From positions 18,731 through 82,730 of the IMG/VR virus record IMGVR_UViG_3300029286_003693: a DNA stretch of 64,000 nt; one strand, given 5' to 3'. Below the pieces are notes generated by a model that did not search any database, was not told the origin of the DNA, and saw only the letters and a list, made by a program, of their open reading frames with translations. This document shows positions 15,642 through 25,086 of the stretch, piece after piece. The stretch comes from a virus. A program made the translations under genes and the position numbers. Each line of letters begins with the position of its first letter. The stretch's first letter is position 1.

Positions 15642-17291
15642 TTACGCAAGCAAGTGGATCAGCTTCTCGGTTATTTCCGCGCTTGCCGTCGCATTCGCCA
15701 TCGCAATGCTATGTTCCCTGTCGGCAGCAGCCATCCTTCTTACTGCGGATGTCTGGCTGGCCAATTCGCTCGCCTGAGCGGCATACCGGGCTGCCTCAAC
15801 AACCTCAAGCTGTGACTTTTTGAGAGCCACCTCATTTGACCCCTGCGTGGTGATATAGACAATTTCCGCTGCCGACTCGGCAGTCATCGCCGTCTGGATC
15901 TCTCCGAGCTGGGGACGGAGAGCATCGACAACAGCCAGTCTCGCCTCTGCTCTTCTAAGCTCCAGAACTGCTCGATCTCTCTCGATGATGATTTTCTGCC
16001 CTTCCAGGGTTAATTCCTTGCCCATGAGCGCGAGTTCTTCGTTAAGCCTGATCACCTTCTCCTCAGCCAGTTTCACCTTCTCGACAGCAAGGAGTCGGTG
16101 ATTTTCGAGTTGTGCCGTCATCTCCGCGGCAAGTTCGATGTTGGCCTGCGCCTTGAGAAGCAGGGGGTTGAAGAGGGTGCTTAGTTCCCCAGTCAGGGTT
16201 TCGATCGCGGCGGACTTGCGGGTCATGGGGTCCAGGAGTTCGGTCTGCTTGTTTGTCAGCAGCATGGTCTTGTCTGCTCTGCGGGTCATGGGCTCCAGCA
16301 ATTCAGTCTGTTTCGCCGTAAGTTCGGAAGTTTTGTTGGCCTTTCTGGTCATTGGGTCGAGCAGTTCATACTCCTTCGCAGTCAGGGTTTCCGTCGCGGC
16401 GACCTTCTGGCTCATTGGATCGAGGAGTTCGCGCTGTTTGGTTGTCAACGCGGTCATCGCTGCGGCCTTGTCAGCCATCGGTGGCAGCAACTCGGCCCGC
16501 TTCCCGGTCAGAGCCAGGGTCTTTTCCGCTTTCTCGATCGTGGGGTCCAGCAGTTCGGTCTGTTCCACGGTGAGGGCCGCCGTGGCCGTGGCCTTGGCCT
16601 CCATCAGGGGAAGGATCTCGGCAGTCGTCAGATCCGAGACCTGCTTGTCATAATTCGCCTTCTCTTCCCGAGCGGGCATGATGATCGATTCTTCTGTGTC
16701 GAGTGCGGCACTTTGCGCTGCCAGGGCTGCCAGGATGTAGGGGATCACATCAAGTTTCCGACGAGCCGCCGCCAGTTTTGCCGTCGCCAACTGCTCTTCC
16801 AGCGGGAGAGGAAGAAGCTCGACCTCTTCCTTCTGCCGTTTTATGTCTTCAATCTGAAGCTCGATAGCGACCTTGGACACGAGCACGGCTATTTCCCGGA
16901 ACTCCTGATCGATCATCAGTCCGTCGATTTCTTCTCCCCGGAGCGACCGGATCAACTCCTTGTCGGCAAATTCCGTTTGCAGATCCGCAAAGAGCTGCAT
17001 CTTTTCGAGTTCCCACGCAATCGTAGCCTGTTTCAGGGCGATGTCATTCTCCAGACCAAGGGCCTTCAGCTCGCGGTCGATCGCATCGCTCATGATCTTC
17101 TGGTTGTACTCCGTCAGCTTAATCTTGCTGTCGATCTCGACATCCGTGAAAGCCTCGATTGCAAAACCCGGCAGTGATGAGAAATTCCGGGAGGCGACGG
17201 CGGACAGGATCGCCGCAGTGTTCTTTTTGAATTCCCGGAAGACCTCGCCCTTTCCCTTGTACCAAAGGCTGTTTTCCGTCGCGGTTCCCAT
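15642..17291 (-). CDS. Coiled-coil virion protein with 7-8 21-aa repeats
   Basis: 549 aa; repeat ELLDPMxxKAxxTxxLTxKQT. Confidence 0.75.
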   Translation of the reverse strand: MGTATENSLWYKGKGEVFREFKKNTAAILSAVASRNFSSLPGFAIEAFTDVEIDSKIKLTEYNQKIMSDAIDRELKALGLENDIALKQATIAWELEKMQLFADLQTEFADKELIRSLRGEEIDGLMIDQEFREIAVLVSKVAIELQIEDIKRQKEEVELLPLPLEEQLATAKLAAARRKLDVIPYILAALAAQSAALDTEESIIMPAREEKANYDKQVSDLTTAEILPLMEAKATATAALTVEQTELLDPTIEKAEKTLALTGKRAELLPPMADKAAAMTALTTKQRELLDPMSQKVAATETLTAKEYELLDPMTRKANKTSELTAKQTELLEPMTRRADKTMLLTNKQTELLDPMTRKSAAIETLTGELSTLFNPLLLKAQANIELAAEMTAQLENHRLLAVEKVKLAEEKVIRLNEELALMGKELTLEGQKIIIERDRAVLELRRAEARLAVVDALRPQLGEIQTAMTAESAAEIVYITTQGSNEVALKKSQLEVVEAARYAAQASELASQTSAVRRMAAADREHSIAMANATASAEITEKLIHLLA

Positions 17292-17295
17292 ATTC

Positions 17296-17838
17296 TTACC
17301 TCGTCAATACGACTGGGAAGAGTTCCACCTGCCCCAGCTCGTCAAAATCGGCCACCAGGAAAGTCCATTTATTCCCTACCAATGTCCGTGGAAATATCAC
17401 CTTGGAATGCAGAATAGGGATGCTGGCCCCTACTCCGCCGACCTCGCCCCGGACCACCGGCGCTGCCCCCTCGACATCGAAGAATCCCGCCCGGAAGCGT
17501 TTCCGGTTATTCGTCCCGAACATGGACGGGGAAAGAATGACGCCGCTGTGAATCGCCGCCCCGGCGTCCGTTGTCCCATCCAGGACGTAGATCCCCTCTT
17601 CCCGTGCCGCATAAGTCACCCCGTCCTCAACGGCATAGGAATTGAACGCAAAACCGCTGTAAACGGACGGCTCGAAGGTCTGCCCGTTGAACGCCCACGC
17701 CTCCCACACATCGCCGCTGACCGCGCTCAGATCCTCCAGGGACAGAACATCGGGGATCATGGAATGAAGAATGCTCTTCAGAATCGCCTCGTCTGCGGGA
17801 GTCAAGAAAGAGATCAGGGTTTCGTTGATTACTAACAT
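17296..17838 (-). CDS. Hypothetical phage tail-module protein
   Basis: 180 aa ORF tightly packed in the late operon, AGGTG RBS. Confidence 0.7.
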   Translation of the reverse strand: MLVINETLISFLTPADEAILKSILHSMIPDVLSLEDLSAVSGDVWEAWAFNGQTFEPSVYSGFAFNSYAVEDGVTYAAREEGIYVLDGTTDAGAAIHSGVILSPSMFGTNNRKRFRAGFFDVEGAAPVVRGEVGGVGASIPILHSKVIFPRTLVGNKWTFLVADFDELGQVELFPVVLTR

Positions 17839-17845
17839 GCGTCAC

Positions 17846-19084
17846 CTATCCTATGATGTCTGCGATATCGCAGCCGCTTTCGACCAGTACGTTGAACGCC
17901 CATCGCGTCAGCTCCACATCACCAAGGTCGAGCCCTTCCTGGATGATGATCCCCTGGATGTACGAGTCGATATCCCTGAAGGTCAGGGACTCGCTGGCGA
18001 GCCCTATGAAAGTCCCCACCGGGACCGCCGTAGCGCTGGCGTTGAATGTCTCAAGAGCCGTATTGTTGAGTGACAGGAATGTTACCGCACCGTCCACCAG
18101 CTCCACCGTGTCGTCTGCGAGACAAAGGTAATAGCGCTCGGATTCTGAAATATCGCCTGCATTGAAAGAGTCCTCGGAGGAGCAATACCGGGAGACCCCG
18201 CTCGCCTGTGCCTCTTGGAGTATCAAGAACTCATGGATAAGGTGCCCCAGGAACTCCGAAACGGCATCGTTGAAATCGAAAGTGTCTGTAGCCGTAAGCA
18301 GGAAAAATCGCTCATGCCCCGCTGAATCAAAGACGAACATCTTTTCGGCAATGACATGCAGGACTATGATCCAAGGCGCCGGCGTGTCTTCAAGGAAGAG
18401 ATAGTCATCGGCAATCTTCCCGATGATTTCTTCGATGGTATCGGTATTGACCAGGGAGTCGGCAATCAGGTGGTCCCATCCTTGTAGAATACCGTCCCAC
18501 ACAAAGATCTCCTCGCGGCAGGTAGAAGTGAAAAGGTATTCCTGGGCAACATCATGTCGCATGTTCACAAGGTCGGAAACTGAAAGATAAAGTCGCAGAT
18601 AAACCGGCAGGTATGGCTGCGGTTCCGCCATCTCGATGTTGAAGGACTCAAAGAGCTGCTCCCAGTAATACGGGACTGCGTTCGCGTAAGTGGAGTGAAT
18701 CTGAAGCTCGCTGGAGACCTCTTCCTGGAACGAGTCGCTGCCGCTCATGACAACATCCAAATGCATGTGAGCGACACTGATCGGCGCGACAGGCTTCGTG
18801 TAAACGATATTCAGAACCGATTGTTTTACCCGAGTTTGAGATCCGCCGAGAAGGTCAAAGAAGGCAATGTTATCAGCAGCAAACGCTTGGTGATAAGGCG
18901 TGAAGGCTTCGGCCATACCGAGAGTCTCCTCGATCTGGTCGTTCCAGACGACATACGCCTCGTGGCCCAGGTCGAAAGACTCCTCAACCAGGTCATCGAA
19001 AATCAAACCAGCGACATTCACGTTGCCCTGCTGATATTCGGTGAACCAGAGGTATTCTTCAATTTCCAAGTATGCGTTTGCCAT
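17846..19084 (-). CDS. Acidic, repeat-like tail-module protein
   Basis: 412 aa, very Asp/Glu-rich; start overlaps the upstream stop. Confidence 0.7.
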   Translation of the reverse strand: MANAYLEIEEYLWFTEYQQGNVNVAGLIFDDLVEESFDLGHEAYVVWNDQIEETLGMAEAFTPYHQAFAADNIAFFDLLGGSQTRVKQSVLNIVYTKPVAPISVAHMHLDVVMSGSDSFQEEVSSELQIHSTYANAVPYYWEQLFESFNIEMAEPQPYLPVYLRLYLSVSDLVNMRHDVAQEYLFTSTCREEIFVWDGILQGWDHLIADSLVNTDTIEEIIGKIADDYLFLEDTPAPWIIVLHVIAEKMFVFDSAGHERFFLLTATDTFDFNDAVSEFLGHLIHEFLILQEAQASGVSRYCSSEDSFNAGDISESERYYLCLADDTVELVDGAVTFLSLNNTALETFNASATAVPVGTFIGLASESLTFRDIDSYIQGIIIQEGLDLGDVELTRWAFNVLVESGCDIADIIG

Positions 19085-20271
19085 TATGTGTCCACGACCT
19101 CATCCGCGAAACCGGCCTCTTCCAAAATCACGCCGGTCCAGACAGGCTCTCTCAGCATGAAGCCGAACTGAGACCCTTCCAGCAGCAACTTGGTCCAGTC
19201 CACGGTAAGAACGGGGACCAAGTTGTAATAGACATCAAGAAATTGGTATGTCCACCCGGTGAGCCTCTTTGCCAGAGAGTTTGTGACAACGATCTCATTC
19301 CCCGATGACTTATATAGCGGTATCAAGGTATTAGGCGGGGGATTCCCCGGAGAAGCGACGCTTCGCACTGCGGTCCGGTGATTGATTGCGACTATCGTGG
19401 CTTCCGCAGACAATTCCGCTACCCCGGGAAACCACATTGTTTCTTGAGCCAGGTCTTGAGCGCACAGGATAAATTCCGCCTCAATCGCCGGGTCGAACAC
19501 CGGGTCGTCAATCAGTCCCGTCCGTACTGTATTATCGGGAGCAGGAAGACCATTGATGTAGGGTTCCCAGTCTACCCGGTCGCCATCGCCCAGGGGGTAT
19601 ATCGTTTTAACAAGGAAGTCCCCCAGAAAATCATTGTGGTAGCCACCCTCGTCGTCGCAGATATAAAGGGAGTCCAGCCTCATCGTATGGTTAAATTGGA
19701 CCCTGTTTATTTTTGCCCGTGGGTCGAAAGGGTTGCTTCCGAAACCGGTATATGCTGCGGTCGCGATCCCTGTTACATCATGGACCACCTTCCCGTTGAC
19801 ACCGCACTTTACTCGTCCATTCATGAAATCCGCGACATCGACCAGGATCTCTACAAAGGTGAATGCGTTTGTCTGCACGAAAGGGACCGACACATAAGCT
19901 GAACTCGGGATCGCCGGGTATCCGGTCCCACTGCCCGTCCAGAAATTGAAAGTCAATCCGCTGGCTGATAACGCTACCTGAACGCGGAAATTCTCATAAT
20001 CCCCATAACAAAATTGAATATAAAAGTTGGGATTCCCGAAGTAGTCTGCCTTCCGTGTAAAGGCGAAACCAACAACAATCCGACTGCACAATCTTGGAAG
20101 AGTAAAATATGATGGACCGACATTATAAGTGAGGGTAACATTGAGATCCAGAAGGCTACTCCCTCCCCGTCCTACCCCGCCAAGAATCTGCCTATTGGTG
20201 TCACCCCCCCAGCCAAGGGCCACCAAAGATGCTGCCGTTATGTGGTCAAACGACTCACAGTATTTCAACAT
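19084..20271 (-). CDS. Putative tail protein (beta-sandwich type), paralog of 20274-22400
   Basis: 395 aa; motif LDSLYICDDEGGYHNDFLGD. Confidence 0.7.
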   Translation of the reverse strand: MLKYCESFDHITAASLVALGWGGDTNRQILGGVGRGGSSLLDLNVTLTYNVGPSYFTLPRLCSRIVVGFAFTRKADYFGNPNFYIQFCYGDYENFRVQVALSASGLTFNFWTGSGTGYPAIPSSAYVSVPFVQTNAFTFVEILVDVADFMNGRVKCGVNGKVVHDVTGIATAAYTGFGSNPFDPRAKINRVQFNHTMRLDSLYICDDEGGYHNDFLGDFLVKTIYPLGDGDRVDWEPYINGLPAPDNTVRTGLIDDPVFDPAIEAEFILCAQDLAQETMWFPGVAELSAEATIVAINHRTAVRSVASPGNPPPNTLIPLYKSSGNEIVVTNSLAKRLTGWTYQFLDVYYNLVPVLTVDWTKLLLEGSQFGFMLREPVWTGVILEEAGFADEVVDT

Positions 20272-20273
20272 AA

Positions 20274-22400
20274 CTAAGCTCCCCAGGGGTTATCGCCGGT
20301 GTGGTTCCCGTCAGTTCCAGCCTGCTCAATCGGTGCTTCCTGCCAGCTATTCACAACCATCCCGAACATGGTTTCGTACCGCCAATGCTGGGTAAGAATG
20401 CTGTCTGCGATCGTGGGGCCGTCCATAAACAATTCCACCCAGAACCCATAGCCAGTCTCTTCCAGGCCAAATCCATCTGCGATGTCAAGGCCAATGCCGT
20501 TCATGGCTTCATCGGCAGAGCCAAGATATTCTTCCAGTAGCTCGTGATTATCCCACGGCTCGTCTGCGTCGATGGAGAGTTCCTCCTCAATCAGTTCATG
20601 GCCGTCCCAGAGATAAGGTTCTTCAAGGCCGAACATCTCTTCCAGGGTTTCAATAATAGAAATGGCCGTCTCGTCTGTTACCTCAATGGCATCCGTAAAG
20701 ACTTCTTCCCAGAACCCGTCCGCCCAGTCATAGACGTCAATGGCCTCGTCAATCGTGTCGAGGAACTGTACAGACACGGTCTCATCGAACCCGATGAACT
20801 CCCCGGCGAAGAGATATGTCCAGGGGATCACGTCCTCAAATTCAATGGTCTCATTCAGGAAACGATTTCCACCACGGTTCCCCTCAGTAAATGACTCAAG
20901 CACGAGGGAGTCGTAGATTGCCCATACAAACTCGTAGCCGGTGTCATCACCGGCAGCAAAAGTCTCATCAACAAACTCCTCAAAATACCTGTGCATCAAT
21001 TCCGAAAGATCAATTTCTTCGGCAACCGTATCGTAAATGATCAAATTCACACGAGCGATGGCTGGGTCGTATGTCTCGGGCGCTATTGCTACCGGTGTCA
21101 ATTCAAGACCCCACTCGGAGGCATCAACCGCAGTCGGAGCCCACCGAAGGTACGGTGATCCGGGATCTACCGTCTCTTCGTTTTCCCAAATGAAGTGACG
21201 GCTTTCAAATTCCGTCTTCATAATCAGAGGCGCGTCCATCGGCTTACTTTCGACCAGTTCTTCAGTCCCGAATCTCCTTACAGCCTTGAGGGTGTTCGGG
21301 GTGTCCCGATATCGAGGTTTCAATAGCGTATGAAGGATGGCCCCGTAGACCTTGGAGGTAGATCCTTGGGCGCCAAGAGAAGTGAAGCGCATCAACTGCC
21401 GATCTCCGCTCTCTTCCAATTCGAGGTAGTCATTGGCAAATGTTTCCCACGGTATGAAGAGCGGGGTCGTTTCATGGCTGGGAATCGGAACAGGGAGACT
21501 GTTGACGGTATCAATGTAGTCCTCGTCTACCGTTCGGAATCTATAAGTATCTCCGTAAGGAACGCTGTTGTTTTCTGTTCCGTCGCCAGAAACCGATGCA
21601 CGCCGGACACTGACGTTCCCCAAGAAGGTGTTGTTAAACTCACCCTCGTCATTGCAGATATAGACATCATCCAGACCAATCACGGCTCCGGTGTATATGG
21701 AATAATAGCTCGGCACTCCTGGTACGATCTTCACAGCATTCATAAGAAATGACGAATTCGACCCCGATTCATCCGCCGTCATAATGTTGCTGAACACAAG
21801 GTTGTCGCCCCGGCTTCCCAGTCGGACCTCCGCCCATGCCTGCGGCTGCGCGACAACATTCCCCGTGAGCGTCATCCCGGCCTGGATATAACGCCAATCG
21901 CCGTTCAGAAGGTTTGCGCTTGTATTGATGCGGCCCGTCTTTATCGTCGTGTTGGTCCCCACGAAAGACCATGTAACATCAATATACGATGCAGAAATGG
22001 CGAGGGTGCAGGTGGCGACAATCGTACCCGGAGTGGTAAAATCTCCGATTTCGTTCTGGTTGGCAAAAGCGGGCACCTTGTCGTAAGGGCACCCCTTCAC
22101 AAAGGTTAGCGTGATTGTGACAGGTCCCGAAAGTGAGGCCCTGCGGAACGCGAAACCCGTAAAGACCGTCCTGGACGGCTTTATAGGGGTCAAAAGTGAA
22201 TACTTCGTCCCCTGTATCGCCCTGCCACCCGCTCTCCTTGCGTATGGCTTGGCCGGAGAAAATGTCGTGTCGTCCCCGTGTACGATTGCCGCCCGGATTA
22301 TACCTGACGATGTCCCAGGCCCGTACCAGGAGCAATATCCCCATTTTCGCCAGAGGTCGTAAGGGCTGAATGTTTCAAACCCATCTGCAAATAACAGCAT
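20274..22400 (-). CDS. Putative tail protein with long acidic C-terminal region
   Basis: 708 aa; motif LDDVYICNDEGEFNNTFLGN. Confidence 0.7.
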   Translation of the reverse strand: MLLFADGFETFSPYDLWRKWGYCSWYGPGTSSGIIRAAIVHGDDTTFSPAKPYARRAGGRAIQGTKYSLLTPIKPSRTVFTGFAFRRASLSGPVTITLTFVKGCPYDKVPAFANQNEIGDFTTPGTIVATCTLAISASYIDVTWSFVGTNTTIKTGRINTSANLLNGDWRYIQAGMTLTGNVVAQPQAWAEVRLGSRGDNLVFSNIMTADESGSNSSFLMNAVKIVPGVPSYYSIYTGAVIGLDDVYICNDEGEFNNTFLGNVSVRRASVSGDGTENNSVPYGDTYRFRTVDEDYIDTVNSLPVPIPSHETTPLFIPWETFANDYLELEESGDRQLMRFTSLGAQGSTSKVYGAILHTLLKPRYRDTPNTLKAVRRFGTEELVESKPMDAPLIMKTEFESRHFIWENEETVDPGSPYLRWAPTAVDASEWGLELTPVAIAPETYDPAIARVNLIIYDTVAEEIDLSELMHRYFEEFVDETFAAGDDTGYEFVWAIYDSLVLESFTEGNRGGNRFLNETIEFEDVIPWTYLFAGEFIGFDETVSVQFLDTIDEAIDVYDWADGFWEEVFTDAIEVTDETAISIIETLEEMFGLEEPYLWDGHELIEEELSIDADEPWDNHELLEEYLGSADEAMNGIGLDIADGFGLEETGYGFWVELFMDGPTIADSILTQHWRYETMFGMVVNSWQEAPIEQAGTDGNHTGDNPWGA

Positions 22401-24856
22401 TACACGATCCTCGCTTCAAGGTTGAACACTGAGAAGTCCTTCAGGCCGAGACCAAGACCGGTATAATGACGAGCGATGAGCTTCTGGATCTCGTATTCAA
22501 GGAGACCATTCCGGGTCTGTTTGCTCGGGTTACACTGCCCAAAGTTCGTCTTCAGGGTCGAATACAAGTCACAGGCCGCCATGATCTCCACTTCGTTTCG
22601 GTTCGACCGGAGGGCGGAAGGCGGATTGTATCCGACCTCTCCTGGATACTGAGACCGGAGATAGACACGATCCGAGACCGCGGCCTTTTTCTGTTCCGGC
22701 GCCATGGCGTCATAATCGACTCCGCCCACGTATTTGATCGATGCCGGGTCAAGGTGGTCATAGATCCCCTTGTTTGCTTCCTGCCTCACAGAGGTCAATG
22801 CAGGGTTCTCAAACATAGTCACGGCCTGCCTCTGCACGATGTAAATCTGGCTGATGACGCGCCGGGTGTGCTTTGTCTGCCTGGTAAAGTGAGTGTTTAC
22901 GGGGAGGTCTCTTCTTGCCGTTATATTGCCTGGGCTGAAACTGAGCCCGCTCATGTACCAAATCGCTGCTTCCCATCCCGGAGCCGCATGCCACATGCTG
23001 CCGATCGGCGTGTCAATGAAGGTGGCTCTAATCCTCCACTGCTCGGCGTTGCTCTTGAACCACCAGGTCCTGTCCACGCCCCATGTTGCGCACGAGTATT
23101 GGAAGCTGTTCATCCAGTTGTCGTACCTGTGCCAAACGTCGATGTGCTCTAAGCGGGAGTTCATCGCCGTAATGAATGTCGGCTCCGTGGGAGAGAGGGG
23201 AATTGGATTTTGCAATAACCGAAACGATCCAATGCCCGCCGTCTTCAGCGCCGGGTGGGTTGTCCGGTGAAAGCCGCCGTCGTTGATCCGTTTCAAGGTG
23301 CCGTAACTGAAGATGTTGTTGTCGCCCGCTTGTGTGATGTCAGAGGCAACCATAAGGGATATGTCGCTCATGGATAGCGCCCCCACCAGGGCTTGCCCCC
23401 CTACTCCAAACCAGGAGGTCCCGGCCAGGCGTTCTGCCGCTGTATTCCCAATGGGAATAACCGGAGGAAGATTGGTAAGCCGCACGAATTTCCACATCGC
23501 ATCGCAGGCGTCTACAACGAGCCCGCCATAGACGTTCTTCGCGCACACCCATATTTCATCTTCTCCGTAGGCGTTCTGCATGTGATAGGAACTTCCCTTC
23601 AGTGGGTTCCCGTCCTTGTCGTTAGCGATCTCCCAAGGGGTAAAGGCACTCGTCCCGAGGATGGTGTCCACCTCCGTCTGCGCGGCATCACGTATGCTCT
23701 TATAGGCCCGGTATTTGACGATTACCTGGCCTGCTGAAAGCGCGACGAATTCGGCCTGAAGGGCGGGGTATGTCAGGGGGATCATCACAGACAGCTCTTC
23801 CCACCTGGAAATCTTAGTAGAGTCAAGAGTCCCGATCAGATCATTCATCTGGCCGATCTTCGTTTGGAGTTCTTGCAGCCGGGCCTGGGTCTTGGGAGGC
23901 ATTTCTTGTGTCTCGCCGGATCCCTTCACGTCAAAGCTGCGGGTGTCGTCGTTGAAGGCCAGGGGGCTTGCGGCCTTCCACTTCAGGATGTTTTCCTTCC
24001 CGGCGTTGAACTTCTCCATCGTCTTCGCAAAGGTTCCATCGCTCGCACCGGCGCTGTCGGTGAAAAGGGCCAGCGATGTATTCGCCAGCAAGTTGAAGAT
24101 GGGGTTCGCATAGATGTCATAAGAGGTCCACCACGCGCTCGGCTGCGCTCCGTCCCGGATCTTGTTGCCCTGGAAATCAGAGAGCCAGTCCGGCGTAAAC
24201 CCCGCCTCCTGGCTCTGGTCATCGCCCTGCGAGCCAAGCGTGAAGAGTTCTTCGTCCGCGAATTTGTAGTAATCGAGGGCCGGTTTGAAGTCTTCTATGG
24301 ACACAGGGAAGACGTAGGGCACACCTGATATAGGATTATAGACGGTGGCCGCGGTTCCCTTCGCCGTGTCCCAGACGGTGCAGTATTCACACGGATGATC
24401 ATTCACTTCATTGATTTGGTACAGCCCCCCCTCAAGCCATCTGCCGAATGGTGGAGCCAGAGGCACCAGGGCGGCAACCCCAATCCGGATGAAGAGGTAG
24501 TTGTAGGCGCACGGGAGAGCGCCGTCGCGGTGAGCGATGACGTACACCTTCTCGTACTCCTCGCCTTTGCCCGGAGTCGTCCCGATCTTCGCCATTAGGA
24601 TCACCTTGTCGCCCACGCCGAACCCCTTGGCCCCATCGACGATTGCCCCATTGGCACGATCAATGCCGGTCTTCTGGCAGTGATAACGGACAGGCGCGTT
24701 GTAGAAGATCTTCTTGTTCTCGTACTCCACGTCCGCCGTATCCCACTTCGCCGCGACAACCCCGGCGGTTTCAAGATAGACGGCTTTGATCACCCCTTCG
24801 AGGTAAACGTAGCTTTGGAGATCGCCGAGGTTTATGTGGTTGAATAGACCCATCAT
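22400..24856 (-). CDS. Large hypothetical tail-module protein
   Basis: 818 aa ORF translationally coupled to the downstream gene. Confidence 0.7.
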   Translation of the reverse strand: MMGLFNHINLGDLQSYVYLEGVIKAVYLETAGVVAAKWDTADVEYENKKIFYNAPVRYHCQKTGIDRANGAIVDGAKGFGVGDKVILMAKIGTTPGKGEEYEKVYVIAHRDGALPCAYNYLFIRIGVAALVPLAPPFGRWLEGGLYQINEVNDHPCEYCTVWDTAKGTAATVYNPISGVPYVFPVSIEDFKPALDYYKFADEELFTLGSQGDDQSQEAGFTPDWLSDFQGNKIRDGAQPSAWWTSYDIYANPIFNLLANTSLALFTDSAGASDGTFAKTMEKFNAGKENILKWKAASPLAFNDDTRSFDVKGSGETQEMPPKTQARLQELQTKIGQMNDLIGTLDSTKISRWEELSVMIPLTYPALQAEFVALSAGQVIVKYRAYKSIRDAAQTEVDTILGTSAFTPWEIANDKDGNPLKGSSYHMQNAYGEDEIWVCAKNVYGGLVVDACDAMWKFVRLTNLPPVIPIGNTAAERLAGTSWFGVGGQALVGALSMSDISLMVASDITQAGDNNIFSYGTLKRINDGGFHRTTHPALKTAGIGSFRLLQNPIPLSPTEPTFITAMNSRLEHIDVWHRYDNWMNSFQYSCATWGVDRTWWFKSNAEQWRIRATFIDTPIGSMWHAAPGWEAAIWYMSGLSFSPGNITARRDLPVNTHFTRQTKHTRRVISQIYIVQRQAVTMFENPALTSVRQEANKGIYDHLDPASIKYVGGVDYDAMAPEQKKAAVSDRVYLRSQYPGEVGYNPPSALRSNRNEVEIMAACDLYSTLKTNFGQCNPSKQTRNGLLEYEIQKLIARHYTGLGLGLKDFSVFNLEARIV

Positions 24857-24869
24857 ATTTCCTTAAATA

Positions 24870-25076
24870 TTAAGCCACCCACGCCGCCGCGCCACCGGGA
24901 GCACCGCCCACTTCCCCGCCCTTGTCAAACAGATCCAGTGGTTCGGCAGGATAATAGTTGATAAGATCCCATGCCCAGTCACGAATGACGAGCGTTGAAT
25001 AATCACTAAAAAGCCCAAATAGTCCTTCCCAGCTTGTTTCCGGGAGTGTTGTATGCTGAACAACGGCGAAAGCCAT
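24870..25076 (-). CDS. Small hypothetical protein
   Basis: 68 aa, GAGGA RBS, fills the operon gap. Confidence 0.55.
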   Translation of the reverse strand: MAFAVVQHTTLPETSWEGLFGLFSDYSTLVIRDWAWDLINYYPAEPLDLFDKGGEVGGAPGGAAAWVA

Positions 25077-25086
25077 ATCTTCCTCG

